Below are positions 27,372 through 38,519 of a stretch of DNA of 64,000 nucleotides, piece after piece. Each line of letters opens with the position of its first letter. Position 1 is the stretch's first letter. The stretch covers positions 19,924,210 through 19,988,209 of the forward strand of contig NC_134030.1 in assembly GCF_964204645.1 (NCBI RefSeq), given 5' to 3'. Position numbers and translations under genes: made by a program. The notes under the pieces are model-generated. The model worked only from the letters and a program-made list of their open reading frames with translations. It made no database searches and was not told where the DNA came from. The DNA comes from Tubulanus polymorphus. Its lineage: Eukaryota > Animalia > Nemertea.

Positions 27372-28233
27372 ATGAGCAATTTATAATTCTAGTAACGATT
27401 GGAACAGTAACACACTGTTTTAGAGTTGGCGCGGGCAACTAAAGCATCTCCCTTATACTTCGCAAATCCACGACCCGCATCAAAATTCCTCGGAGCACCA
27501 CGGCAAAACTGATCATTAACGCGACTAATGGTCAGTAGCGTATGTTCCAAACGAGCGATGGAAATTCGCCTATTTCAAACTGGTCATTTATGTGTAAAAT
27601 ACAAGCACTTGAGAGACACACGGATACGCGACATGGACTTAATAGCGTAACCTGCATTTTCAAGTGTATTAATGACTTATGCGAGCTTTCAACTTAAACT
27701 TCGTGTTGGGCGGTGATTTATTGATAGGCCATCTAGAAGGCTGAGATTGAACCGCATATTTTTTTTTGAAAAAAAACTTTCTTTCAAAATCAATTCCGAA
27801 AGATCTAGCGGTTTGAAATTAAACAAATTCGTACGGATATAGTTAATGAAATTTTGAATTGATGCAAAGGTAGAAAAGTATTGAATAATGATTTCTAGGC
27901 TCATCGTGAATATTCGACGATTCTATAACTAAAATTACGTTCGGGTTGAATGTGTTCTGATGAAATATGTAATGTCTAATGTCTAAATTCGTGTGTGAAC
28001 AAATTTGAAAAATCGAATTTGGAATTAATTGGCCTTAAGAATTTTGGTAGGCAACATGGAATCTAGAAATTATTGCTAATTGATAAACAGATCTGTAAGC
28101 TAAAAATCCAAACATTTCAAATCTAGAATCAGTTTTCAAACTAATTGCGGCAGTAACTAAAAAATCAACTTAAATGAAGTGACAGCGAATTCTCTAATTG
28201 GACGAACTGTAATTTGTGCTTGGTTGTTATTCG

Positions 28234-29472
28234 ATGAAAATGGTTTCGGTTCATTTTGTCGTGTTGATGCTGTTCGGTATGGATCGACTGAGAGCGCTGT
28301 TTATAGCGTCGCTGATCGTCTGGCGAGTTAACATCGCACACGCTGATCTGTCTGACTCTGTGACGGTCAGGTCGTCTTGTAATAACACTTGGTACCCCGT
28401 CGATTCTACGTCCGGTTACATCGTTTCACCGAATTACCCGTCGTTAACGCGCGGTGTTGAATGTCGTTGGTTCGTCAACAGCTCTTTACCGGGAACTTTC
28501 ATCATCAAACTATACTACGACATCGAGCCGTCGATATTCTGTAGTGATAACTACCTTCTCGTCGGTGAGTCCGATAACAAATTCTGCGGTGAAGGAAAAC
28601 ATGAAATCCGCCGTAACGATTCGATCTCGTTGATGTTTAGAAGTAACGTCGATAGTGCGCGGGGTAGTCGGGTTTATATCATATATCGTTTGGAACGGAA
28701 CAATTTGAAATTAATTCACACCTGCGCAAAATACCATTTAAAAATCAACAAATTAACAACATCGATAGGATACAAGTTTGCTATGTTTCTAAAGCGATGT
28801 AAATTGCATTTAGAATGGATCGGGATCCCGGATGGTTTTGCTATGAATTTCACGTTTTCGCAGATAAAATTCGAATTATATCCCGGCACTGATCCAGCGA
28901 CAACTGTTCAAATTCATGACGGATGGAACAGCAGTGAACTTATTGCTGTAATACCAGAACAAAGTGGGCATCCACCTTCATCCTTTTATAGTAAGACAAA
29001 CAAAGCTATGATCAGTTTCCTACTTGGGCGAAACGAACTTACATCACAACTATCAGTTCAGGTGTATAGAATATCTGATTGGAACGTCTCTAATCCGTTA
29101 ATTCAAATCCCTAATAACGAGTCTGGAGTGCTCATCCCTGATGACAACAGTTTACACGTAATAACTCGATCAAAAAACTTACACTGCTGGTCTATCACAG
29201 TGCAGGTGTTACAGTACGTCGTCTTTAACTGGACCCGTGATCTCAGCACATCCGGTGACGTCATTGGTGTATATAAACTAGAAGGGTTACGCGTTGTAGG
29301 AACTGATATTTTACTCGGTTACAACCACCTGGAATCACTGAGTGTTAAATCTGAAGGCTTTCTCGTCATACTGTGCGTTTTAATAGAACCAGGTGTTTTA
29401 CAATCAAATGTGAATATTGAATTTGAAGTGAAATCTATTTCCATAAAAGACGCACGAGTGGATAAACCCTGG
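28234..29472 (+). CDS. Copy 3 exon 1: signal peptide + CUB/CUB-like domains
   Basis: ORF 28216-29574; donor GTGAGT at 29473. Confidence 0.85.
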
Positions 29473-32400
29473 GTGAGTATTGTGCGTTTTAATTTTAAGT
29501 TTAGGATTTTATTATGTGTGAATTTCTATTATAAGGTTTCATGCGTAGAGTTTTTGTTTTTGTTTTTGTTCTGAGAATAAAATGAAAGTCTTCGAAGCCA
29601 ACACGAGAAGTTACGTGCACTTTTTCATGGAGATCCAGATACTATAACTGTATGTGTAAACGATTATTGGGATGATTTAGGGTGGGTTTGTTTCAACTAA
29701 AATATTTTAGTGGGAAATTTGGATTTTCCACCTGAAGAAGAAATTTCATTTTAGCAAATCTTAAAACACGAATTGCTGCACGTGACAAAATCATTAATCG
29801 GAATAGATTTGAAAATGTTGCTATGTTATTAATACTTAAAAAACTAATGCTGATTTGTTATATTTTGTAGATATATGGTAACAGATACAGTTGGCCTGCT
29901 CGAAGTCTGTTCCCGATGACAAAGAAGACAACATTATCGTATCGCATAAATACATTTGAATATAAACGGAAAGTTGATATCTATGAGTATAGATTCAAAC
30001 TGACAGTTTTATCAGAGACGTGCGAGAGAGCTGGATTTTATATATATGATGGTGGTAATTTTACAGCTAGACGCTATGGTCCGTATTGTCCTGGTTTACA
30101 CTACAGTCGTAACGTCGTCAGTCTGATTACATCAGGAGGACCGGTTACTGTAGTAGCATACGCTTATAACTGGCATAAAAACTTAATTGTTAATGGGGCG
30201 TCATATCTATTTTTCGCCCCTACTGATTGTGACGGGTATGTTCTGCAGGAAGGAGAAAATCAGATCAATATGACGTCACACTGCCTCACGATTACACCTG
30301 AAAACCGGCGCCTTCCTTTAGAAAATATTTATATATTATCAGAATACGAATATCAAATTTACACATGTGTCCGTAGTTCAAATTATTCGTGTCCTCATGT
30401 TACTCTTACAACTCAATTACTGAATAACAGTCTCTTATTGAATCATCTGATGATAAAAGGAAGTAGTTATAGGTTCTGGAGTAATTCACTGATGATAGTA
30501 CTACGACGTAAATGTTTGGTGTTGATGATCTATCAAGATTCCCCGGTACTTTCCTCTAATCAAATTGCATACATCCCGCCGAAGCGAGAAAAATGTGGAG
30601 TCGCACAATCACCGAACTATCCTGGATATGATCAACAACGCCGTAAATCAAGTTTGTACTACTCATTTCATTACGACAAACATTTGAATTATTACATTAG
30701 ATTCCTTTTCAAATTTATGGGACACGCCTCGTGCAGCCCTTCTAGTAGTTATACTGTTCGAGATCCGTTATTACTGGTACAGACTATTTTGAAACCCGGT
30801 AGTGACATCATCCTTATTTGGGGGCTGCGTCGCCACGAGACTAAAATATGTGAAAATAACGCTGTACCTGGACTTGTATTGTACAGTCTACTCGGGTTTG
30901 ACCTTTACTTTGAAGCGAAAAACTATATCCCTTTATTTCGAATTCAATACACTTTAGAACAATCGCCTTCACAAACACATCGAAATAATGACTGCGGATC
31001 AGATTTTCTAGATTCAGGTGTTTCGTGTATCAGATACATCAAACATGAACGTCTGAATTGGGAGAAGGCTGAAATTTACTGTCAACAGAAATACGGTGGA
31101 CATCTTCTCAGTATCAACTCTGAACAGGAAATGATTGCTGTAAAAAAACTGTTCGCTACGAAACTTCTGCAGGAGGCGTATTCACAGGCGGCGCTGATTG
31201 TGATGATTGGATTGAAATGGCAGGTAATTTCAAAGTATCGTTATAAACATGTTTACCAACATTCATTTAGTTTCGAACATGATTTTGAATTTGTTACGAA
31301 TTCATTCATTCTCTACTAAAAGCCTAGAATATTTCATATTGATTGAAACAGATTTCTATTAGTCAACGTGTAAAATGTAAAATGATCTTAATTTGATAAA
31401 CTCAATTCAGTCGCTTGATATAAGTTAGATATCCTAAAGCTAATCGTCATGAACACTTCTAAAACCATTGCGATGAATGAAACTGAATTTATTTTGAACA
31501 GAATGATGGTTATTACACGTGGACTGATGGGAAACCATTGAGCTACACAGAGTGGTTTAAACCTGCTATGATAAACGAAACTATACCAGAAGTTATTCAA
31601 GGATTGATATCTCCTCTACGAAAACAACCGATAAATGACGTCAATATGCCGTGTACGGCGATGATACTGAATAATCCACGAGGTTCAGCGAACTGGGTTC
31701 GATTCCCGTGTCAAATCGAGGAGACTCGAACAACTTTCATTTGTGAAAAAGACAACGATAACTCCTCATCGACTAAAAATCACAAATTACCTGTTGCAGA
31801 AGAAAACTATACTTATTATTCGGGGATATTGGAATCAGATAACTCCACGTGTTTTAAGGGATGGATTGGTATAGAAGGATATTGCTATCAGATACTTACA
31901 GCCTGGGATACTCACAGATTGTCGATTCCGGAAGCTGAGGAAATGTGTCAAACAATTGGTGGTGAAATAGGTATAGTATCCAATGATGTTATAATTCAGC
32001 ATTTGATTCAAATATTTCATTATGAACATCAATATGGTGCTGTACTAGCAAAGGCTACGGAAAGTGAATTTCTTGCTCTGGATCCAGTTTTGACCAGAGA
32101 TGAAATAACATATAAAAAAACGGTGAAATGGTCAGTGACTGTCTTTGATAATGTCACAGATGTAGCGCATTCAGTGCTATGTTCCTACAATGCAACTGGT
32201 GAAGAGTTGGCTTCTATAAGTGGTTGTAAATCGTGGCAATTTGAATGTAACGATCACAGATGTATCAGCGATCATCGTGTATGTGATACCAGAAACGACT
32301 GTCAACACGGTGATGATGAACTCGATTGTTCGAAATCAATCTTACAGAGTCAGTTACACTGTACCGATGGAGAAGTTATATCTGTTAGTAATTTGTGCGA

Positions 32401-34732
32401 TTTTGTACGAGATTGCGCTGACGGATCAGATGAGAACTCGTGCTATCATACTTCATGTTCCTCTGAACAGTTTAAGTGTAGCAATGGACAATGCGTGGGT
32501 AAATATAATCAATGTGATGGACTGGTTGATTGTAAAGATAAATCTGATGAGATCGGCTGCTCTTCGGATGAATGTAACGGGTTTCTGTGTGTAAATGGTG
32601 AATGTATCAGTTCTCTGTTGTATCGGGATGGTGTTGTAGATTGTGCTGGTAGCCTCGAAGAAGATGAGATTGTCGTCAACATAACAGTTACACCAAAGAT
32701 TAACTGTACTACAGAGAACTACTGTACGACTAATTTCACAAACTTATGTAAGAAATCCGATGAACAAAGATGTTCTTTCGATTCTCCTCACTGTTATTCT
32801 AGACGTCACAGATGTATTTTAGAAAGGATGCCGATTGGTTACCCGGTATGTAGAAGGCTCGAACATATACAAAGTTGTACTGATTTCAAATGTCCAGCTG
32901 GTGCTGCAAAATGTCCAGCATCTTACTGTATACCGATGGGACAGGTGTGCGATGGTCGATCCGATTGTCCTAACTCAGAAGATGAGCGAAACTGCAGGAC
33001 TTTGTCATGTCCTGGCATGTTTAAGTGTGGCCAAGAAAACCGATGCATACCTCAATCTGAAGTTTGTGATGGTGTCGTCAATTGTAAACATACCACTGAT
33101 GACGAAGCTTTCTGTGACGTCATATGTCCAAAGGAATGTAAATGTCAAGGTCATTTGATTGATTGCGATCATGCTGATTTCGAAGAAATTACTGATCTTT
33201 TCTCGGCATCAACTCGAGTTCTGATTTTGTCAAGAAACCAGGTTGTATTCAATGAGTCAACATTTTCTTCGTACCTCTATTTACATTTCCTTGATATTTC
33301 ACGTAACAATTTGTCTTATATTGTTCCAAACGCGTTCTCAAACCTGCATAATCTACATACATTAGATCTTACCTATAACCGCATAATATCATTTTCTGAG
33401 AATACATTCGCCGGTTTGTATAGTTTGAAAAAACTTTTGTTTTTTGGAAATCCAGTGAGATATTTAGAAGAAGGCAGTTTTCATGGTTTAAAGTCATTGA
33501 GCGATCTCGATCTTCACGGACTTTCCTTGTCGTTACTCGGTGGAAATGTGTTCAGTGGTTTATCCGCTTTAGAGTCGTTAAATATCAGCAGTAACGTGAT
33601 CAAATATATTTCACCAAATGCGTTCGCCGGATTAACAAAACTAAGAAATCTGGATCTAACCAAAAATTCTGAAGTCATATCCGTACAAAGAAACGTTTTT
33701 GACAGTCTTACATTATTGAGTTCTTTGGCTTCTGACGCGTACAAATTTTGTTGCATGGTTCCGAATGTTGACCAGTGTCTCCCGGAAGCCGACCAATTTT
33801 CATCTTGTTCCGACCTGATGGGTAACACTGTTCTTAGAGCAATCATTTGGGCGATCGCTTCATTCAGCTTTTTTGCCAACATCATCGTAATTTCACTTCG
33901 CGTTCAAGCGTTACGCATTTCATCCTCTGAATCACGTAACACATCCTCTGATATCCTAATCATTAATATTGCCACCTGCGATTTTCTCATGTCAATTTAT
34001 CTTTTTCTGATCGCTGGAGCCGATTACGTCTATAAAAGTGTTTATTTCCTCAATTCTGAAAGGTGGACAGATAGTTCACTGTGTCGACTCGCTGGGATTT
34101 TAGTAACTCTTTCGTGCGAAGGGTCTTTGCTTTTTCTCCTGATTCTAACCCGTCAAAGATACTCGAATATCGTCGATCCATTTTCTGGAAGCCCAATTAT
34201 ATCATCGACATATGTGTCCGGTATTTGCTGTATATGCTGGATCATTTTGGGCAACATTTCAATGCTACCGCTGTCGTCATCTTCTTATTTCGGACATAAC
34301 TTTTACGGCACAACTGGTGTTTGTTTACCTATGAATTTACTATCCATCGATGTCCACGCCTGGCAATATTCATTCGCTATATTTGCCGTGTTTAACTCGG
34401 TCGTACTTGCTACAATAATGATGACGTATGCACAGATGTATAGACTCGTATCTGGAAGCAGGTCCGGCTCGGGTAGAGCTGATCCTACCGAATTGGTTCT
34501 GGCACGTAGGAGTTTAGTGATAAATCTGTGTAATTTATTTTGCTGGTTACCGATAATTATCGTTCAGTTTTGCGCTGTATTGCGAGTAGAAATACCGAAC
34601 CAAGTGGCGGCTTGGTTGGCGGTACTTTTCCTACCGATTAACTCGTCACTGAATCCACTTCTTTACACCATCCTCACTATTGATGTTAAATCTATTTGGG
34701 CCAGAAATAAACGCGTTTTGAAAACTCGCTGA
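28234..34732 (+). CDS. GRL101-like: Copy 3, intact GRL101-like LGR (signal peptide-CUB-CTL-LDLa-LRR-7TM), ~1940 aa
   Basis: Exons 28234-29472, 29871-31223, 31502-34732 total 5823 nt and are open. CUB SGYIVSPNYP...CRW; CTL IGLKWQ|NDGYYTWTDG across intron 2; LDLa CDxxxDCxDxSDE; LRRs; hinge KFCC...FSSCSDLM; TM6 CWLP; TM7 NPLLY. The start may instead be a downstream ATG (MDRLRALFIASLIVWRVNIAHA). Confidence 0.9.
29871..31223 (+). CDS. Copy 3 exon 2: variable CUB-like region + first half of C-type lectin-like domain
   Basis: Acceptor TATTTTGTAG ends at 29870, in frame with ORF 29916; donor GTAATT at 31224. Confidence 0.88.
31502..34732 (+). CDS. Copy 3 exon 3: CTL end, second CTL-like domain, LDLa x~7, LRRs, 7TM
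   Basis: Acceptor AACAG ends at 31501, in frame with the 1064-aa ORF. Confidence 0.92.
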   Translation, partial: NDGYYTWTDGKPLSYTEWFKPAMINETIPEVIQGLISPLRKQPINDVNMPCTAMILNNPRGSANWVRFPCQIEETRTTFICEKDNDNSSSTKNHKLPVAEENYTYYSGILESDNSTCFKGWIGIEGYCYQILTAWDTHRLSIPEAEEMCQTIGGEIGIVSNDVIIQHLIQIFHYEHQYGAVLAKATESEFLALDPVLTRDEITYKKTVKWSVTVFDNVTDVAHSVLCSYNATGEELASISGCKSWQFECNDHRCISDHRVCDTRNDCQHGDDELDCSKSILQSQLHCTDGEVISVSNLCDFVRDCADGSDENSCYHTSCSSEQFKCSNGQCVGKYNQCDGLVDCKDKSDEIGCSSDECNGFLCVNGECISSLLYRDGVVDCAGSLEEDEIVVNITVTPKINCTTENYCTTNFTNLCKKSDEQRCSFDSPHCYSRRHRCILERMPIGYPVCRRLEHIQSCTDFKCPAGAAKCPASYCIPMGQVCDGRSDCPNSEDERNCRTLSCPGMFKCGQENRCIPQSEVCDGVVNCKHTTDDEAFCDVICPKECKCQGHLIDCDHADFEEITDLFSASTRVLILSRNQVVFNESTFSSYLYLHFLDISRNNLSYIVPNAFSNLHNLHTLDLTYNRIISFSENTFAGLYSLKKLLFFGNPVRYLEEGSFHGLKSLSDLDLHGLSLSLLGGNVFSGLSALESLNISSNVIKYISPNAFAGLTKLRNLDLTKNSEVISVQRNVFDSLTLLSSLASDAYKFCCMVPNVDQCLPEADQFSSCSDLMGNTVLRAIIWAIASFSFFANIIVISLRVQALRISSSESRNTSSDILIINIATCDFLMSIYLFLIAGADYVYKSVYFLNSERWTDSSLCRLAGILVTLSCEGSLLFLLILTRQRYSNIVDPFSGSPIISSTYVSGICCICWIILGNISMLPLSSSSYFGHNFYGTTGVCLPMNLLSIDVHAWQYSFAIFAVFNSVVLATIMMTYAQMYRLVSGSRSGSGRADPTELVLARRSLVINLCNLFCWLPIIIVQFCAVLRVEIPNQVAAWLAVLFLPINSSLNPLLYTILTIDVKSIWARNKRVLKTR

Positions 34733-34856
34733 ACCATTCGACAGTCAAACCCTGACTATGCACTCTAATCAGAATGCAGCGAAATCTTTTCAGATGAAAT
34801 ATATTATATACATAAACAAATACGTAGCAAACGTGTGGACTCGAGAACGAACTGAT

Positions 34857-35363
34857 TGTCACCCTGATATAATTTGCATATTTCATAATCATATAAATCT
34901 ACAATGTCATATCGAACAGTTCATAATATTTCATAGCTCTACTACATATTAATGATAATGATAATAATAATAATAATAATATAATATAACTTATGACTAT
35001 AGTGTCAATATGTGCTTTAAGGTCGTAATCAACATGTGACATTACTCAACATGTTTTCACGATAATTAGCTATAGCCAGTGCTCATCGATAATTAATCAA
35101 TGTCTCTCAAACATGTCACTAGGTGTTTGTTTGTGAGTCCTGATGTCTACAACTTGTCTGACACCTAGTTCTCACATTATACTCATGATTCTGTATATAA
35201 AGACTATGTAAAGCTATGATAATGATTCTCATTCCGGGATGCAATAAAGATTGTACATATAAGGTTTAACTGCCTTGTTGTTCCTGATGGATGGAATCCT
35301 GTACCGCTGGTGTAAATGCTAGTTCCCCAGCCAGCCTGCCGATACAACAACCAGCCGGTTACA
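34857..35363 (+). mobile_element. Solo LTR (507 bp) just downstream of the copy 3 stop
   Basis: TGTCAC...GTTACA termini, 4-bp TSD TGAT (34853-34856, 35364-35367), TATATAA at 35194, AATAAA at 35243. Absent from the other five spacers. Confidence 0.85.
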
Positions 35364-35894
35364 TGATACTTGCTTATACGTTCCAATAAAAAAAATGACG
35401 ACACTTCAAGATAATATCGCAAAGTAATGAAATCATCGAATGGGTTTCGAATCGTGTCCAGAAATACGACGTAGCGATAAGAATACACGCTAGGAGAGCT
35501 GAGTAATGTCATCTAATATGAGTTGTAACACCGATTATCCTGACAGTTAATTACGCTTATTTTATATCAGGATGATTTAATAAATTATGTAAGCTGGAAA
35601 TAAAAGTGCCAAATAGTGGTACATGTTCTACGTTCATCGACAAAACCGTATCTGAGCGCTTCAATGTTTAATCGAAGGATAAAGCTTGCGTTGCTTTCGT
35701 CCATTCAAAGTCCTACGCCCGGAGGAGGTGGGATCACTTCAAATGCGTGTCGATCCATATGGACATTATCGACGCTGTTAAAGGTGATCTACGTCTTTTG
35801 AATTCAGTCGTGTTCAGTATGTTCTTGCCAGTTTCTCGTTTATTAATCTTTTATAGCCTCGGCCTTCAACACTCCCCTGACAAAGAATATAAGT

Positions 35895-36225
35895 ATCGTC
35901 TAATGCACTGAGTTAGGTGTACTCGGGCCCACAACGGGAACGACAATTGAATCAATCGCTCAACACTGATCAGAATGATTACCGAGTTCCGATGCATCTT
36001 CGCCGTGTGCCGAAGACCGTCACAGTACACAGTAAACACCACCGACACTCCGAAAAAAATAATTCAAATATCGGAATTTTTCCAAGCCGTACGTCCACAA
36101 CGATACGTATTCCTTCAATGAGGTGAAGCAAAATATCGCAACCAGGTATTTTAGGATCGCAAATATTCTGAGCAGGTGGTACGTACAAATTTGTAAATTC
36201 GAGAACAATTGTAAGAAATAACCGT
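35895..36225 (-). pseudogene. Second-GPCR relic copy (also ~48575-48900 and ~61530-61855)
   Basis: ORFs 36020-36208 (TYHLLRIFAILKYLVAIF...FFRSVGGVYC) and 35866-36048 (ISVERLIQLSFPLWAR). Confidence 0.5.
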
Positions 36226-37367
36226 GAAAATTAGCGTTCGAACCCCTAAGCCCTCGGTTGCCTGAAGACTAGTGACCGGCGGCTTAAAACCACTCGGTCA
36301 ATGCGCCTGTTACATGAGTTCAAAGAAGATTTGGATTGTGTATTGAGCTTGGATCAAAATTTCCACCAGTTGTGATCTAGATGCTTAGTATACGTTAGTA
36401 TACTGAACGGCATCATCGATGACCAACAATATTCACCATTGAATATACGATTTACTCACCTGTTGCACTGAAGGTTCTGGTTACTGATATTTCTGATCGA
36501 TAAACCATGCTCACGAATCGGTGTGCAAATACATTTTCTAAAAGGAGTTTAATACAAATATACAGTTTGACAGGTTGTAGTGCAGTTCGGTCGTCAAAAC
36601 AACTGACGAAAATTGTAATGAATACTTAACCTATCGTGTGAAACTGAATTAACTCACAAACATCAGTTTAAGTACCGTACTGCTATTTCCAAAATTTCGA
36701 TGTATTAAATAAGGCAGCCAAGAAAATTCACCTCCAATCAGTCGCTTGCCGGTTGAGACTGAATGGAAGATTGTTTGAATGAACCGGAACCGAATTTCCC
36801 AATTATGTACTTTGAGCATAAAACTTTTGTAAACTCGACCGCCGATCACACAACTATATCCGTACTTCCGATTTCCGATTTCAAAACGAAACCCCCTGTT
36901 TCGCTCCTGGCAGGTGTGGTGGGTTTGTAAGGGACACTCAATCAAAAAATCAAACGAAACTTACCAACCAAATAAATAACAGGGACAATCCCTATTTTAG
37001 GAAAAAAAACAAATGAAGAAGAGCCACAATTCGAAGTACACACGATAAAATCTGTCAAATTGAACCCACTGCGTTCACTAACAGCCACTGTCACGTGGAA
37101 AGCGGCAAAATTTCGGCAATACGGGGGGGGGGGGGGTTGCTCTAAATCCGCCCCTGATTTGTGCTGCATTCTTAGGCAGTTTTTACTCCAAGTCTTCAAA
37201 TCACGAGGAATACACGTATCACAGAGGGTCGCATTACGTCACTGCAGAGAATGCGTCTCTTGGAGAAGATGGTGGAAGGCTGGGACTTAACAAAACTGTT
37301 TAGATGATATATAAGTTGTGTTTTTCTGCTTTCGTGATGGATTTAAAAACTTCTCGGTCATATCGGT

Positions 37368-37875
37368 TTTTATTAGGGTTTTCTGACTTTCGTCGAAAAC
37401 CCTCTTGAAATTCTGTTGATTATTATTATTATTTATTTTCCGCCGATTTCGTCAAATAAAATTCATCTTCATTCAGATTCGGCAACTGACAGCTTCGAAA
37501 CGAAATGTATAAATTGATACTGTAATAACGGTCTCTCTGAACCAACAGATTTTCTGAATGTACTTTCCATCCTATTTGAAACTTAAAATTACTTATTAGG
37601 TTACTGTAAATAAAGAATTGAATTGAATTGTTAGACAACAAGCACCGGCGAAATAACAGTTTGTGACGTCATTTAGTAAGTAAATAAAGGAGGGCTCCGA
37701 GAATTTCCAAATCACGGGAACTATACTGGGGTTAGACCATTCAACCAAAAAGTGGATTGCTCCGATAATATCCAAATCATCTCATTTTATTTTTCCCATC
37801 GAATACCCGGTAATTAATTTTTCCTTTCGATCGCATGCATCCAGAAAACCCGTTATCGCTGCTTTACAGCTATAT
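37368..37875 (+). mobile_element. Helentron-associated / DINE-1-like non-autonomous element
   Basis: 5' subTIR GGGTTTTCTG with nearby inverted AAAACCCT, (TTA)n microsatellite, 3' subTIR CAGAAAACCC and 3' hairpin GCTGCTTTACAGC. T-rich insertion site without TSD; unique to this spacer. Confidence 0.65.
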
Positions 37876-38473
37876 TTTCAATTTGTATTTGAAAAATATA
37901 TAATATCGCACGCAGTATTTTTCATTCATTCGTCGACTGTTCTGGCTCGAGAAAACGAGATATTGTCATTTCGAAAGTATAATACGTTGGAAGAGCGACT
38001 AAGGTAAGCGTAGTGATAAAATATTCTAATTTAACGATAAAAGTGATACCTTGTTTCTTAAAAGCTTAAAAGTTGAACCGGCCGGCCGCCGCCTATCTAC
38101 CCTATACATTATTCTAAAAAAGAAACTATTATCAGCCATTCGACAACAAGACGCGGCGGCTATTGAAACGAATGGGTTACACATTTTATTGAAATTTACA
38201 AAAAAAAACTCGGGCGCTGCGGAGAAACAAGGTGTCATTTTTAGCCTAAAATAATATACTCCGATAAGTACCGCAGCAATTTCAGTAGCCGGAATCTAAA
38301 ATACGACACATGACTAAATATTTTTTTTCTGCTGAAAATCATGCATCGATTAATTGATCAATGACGTGTCACTGATCATACCGTTTAGCATAGTAGTATA
38401 TTCTACGGTTATATGTAGATTTTCACCGATGGAGATCTCAATATAAATTACATAAAATTCATAACCAAATTCA

Positions 38474-38519
38474 TTATTCCTGAAGATGACTATTAGGATA
38501 TAGTCGAAACGTTGAATAA
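38474..38519 (+). ncRNA. Minimal type I hammerhead ribozyme motif (Penelope-like element type)
   Basis: Stem I TTATTC/GAATAA, core CTGAAGA, stem II GACTAT/ATAGTC, GAAA, palindromic AACGTT in place of stem III. Confidence 0.7.
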
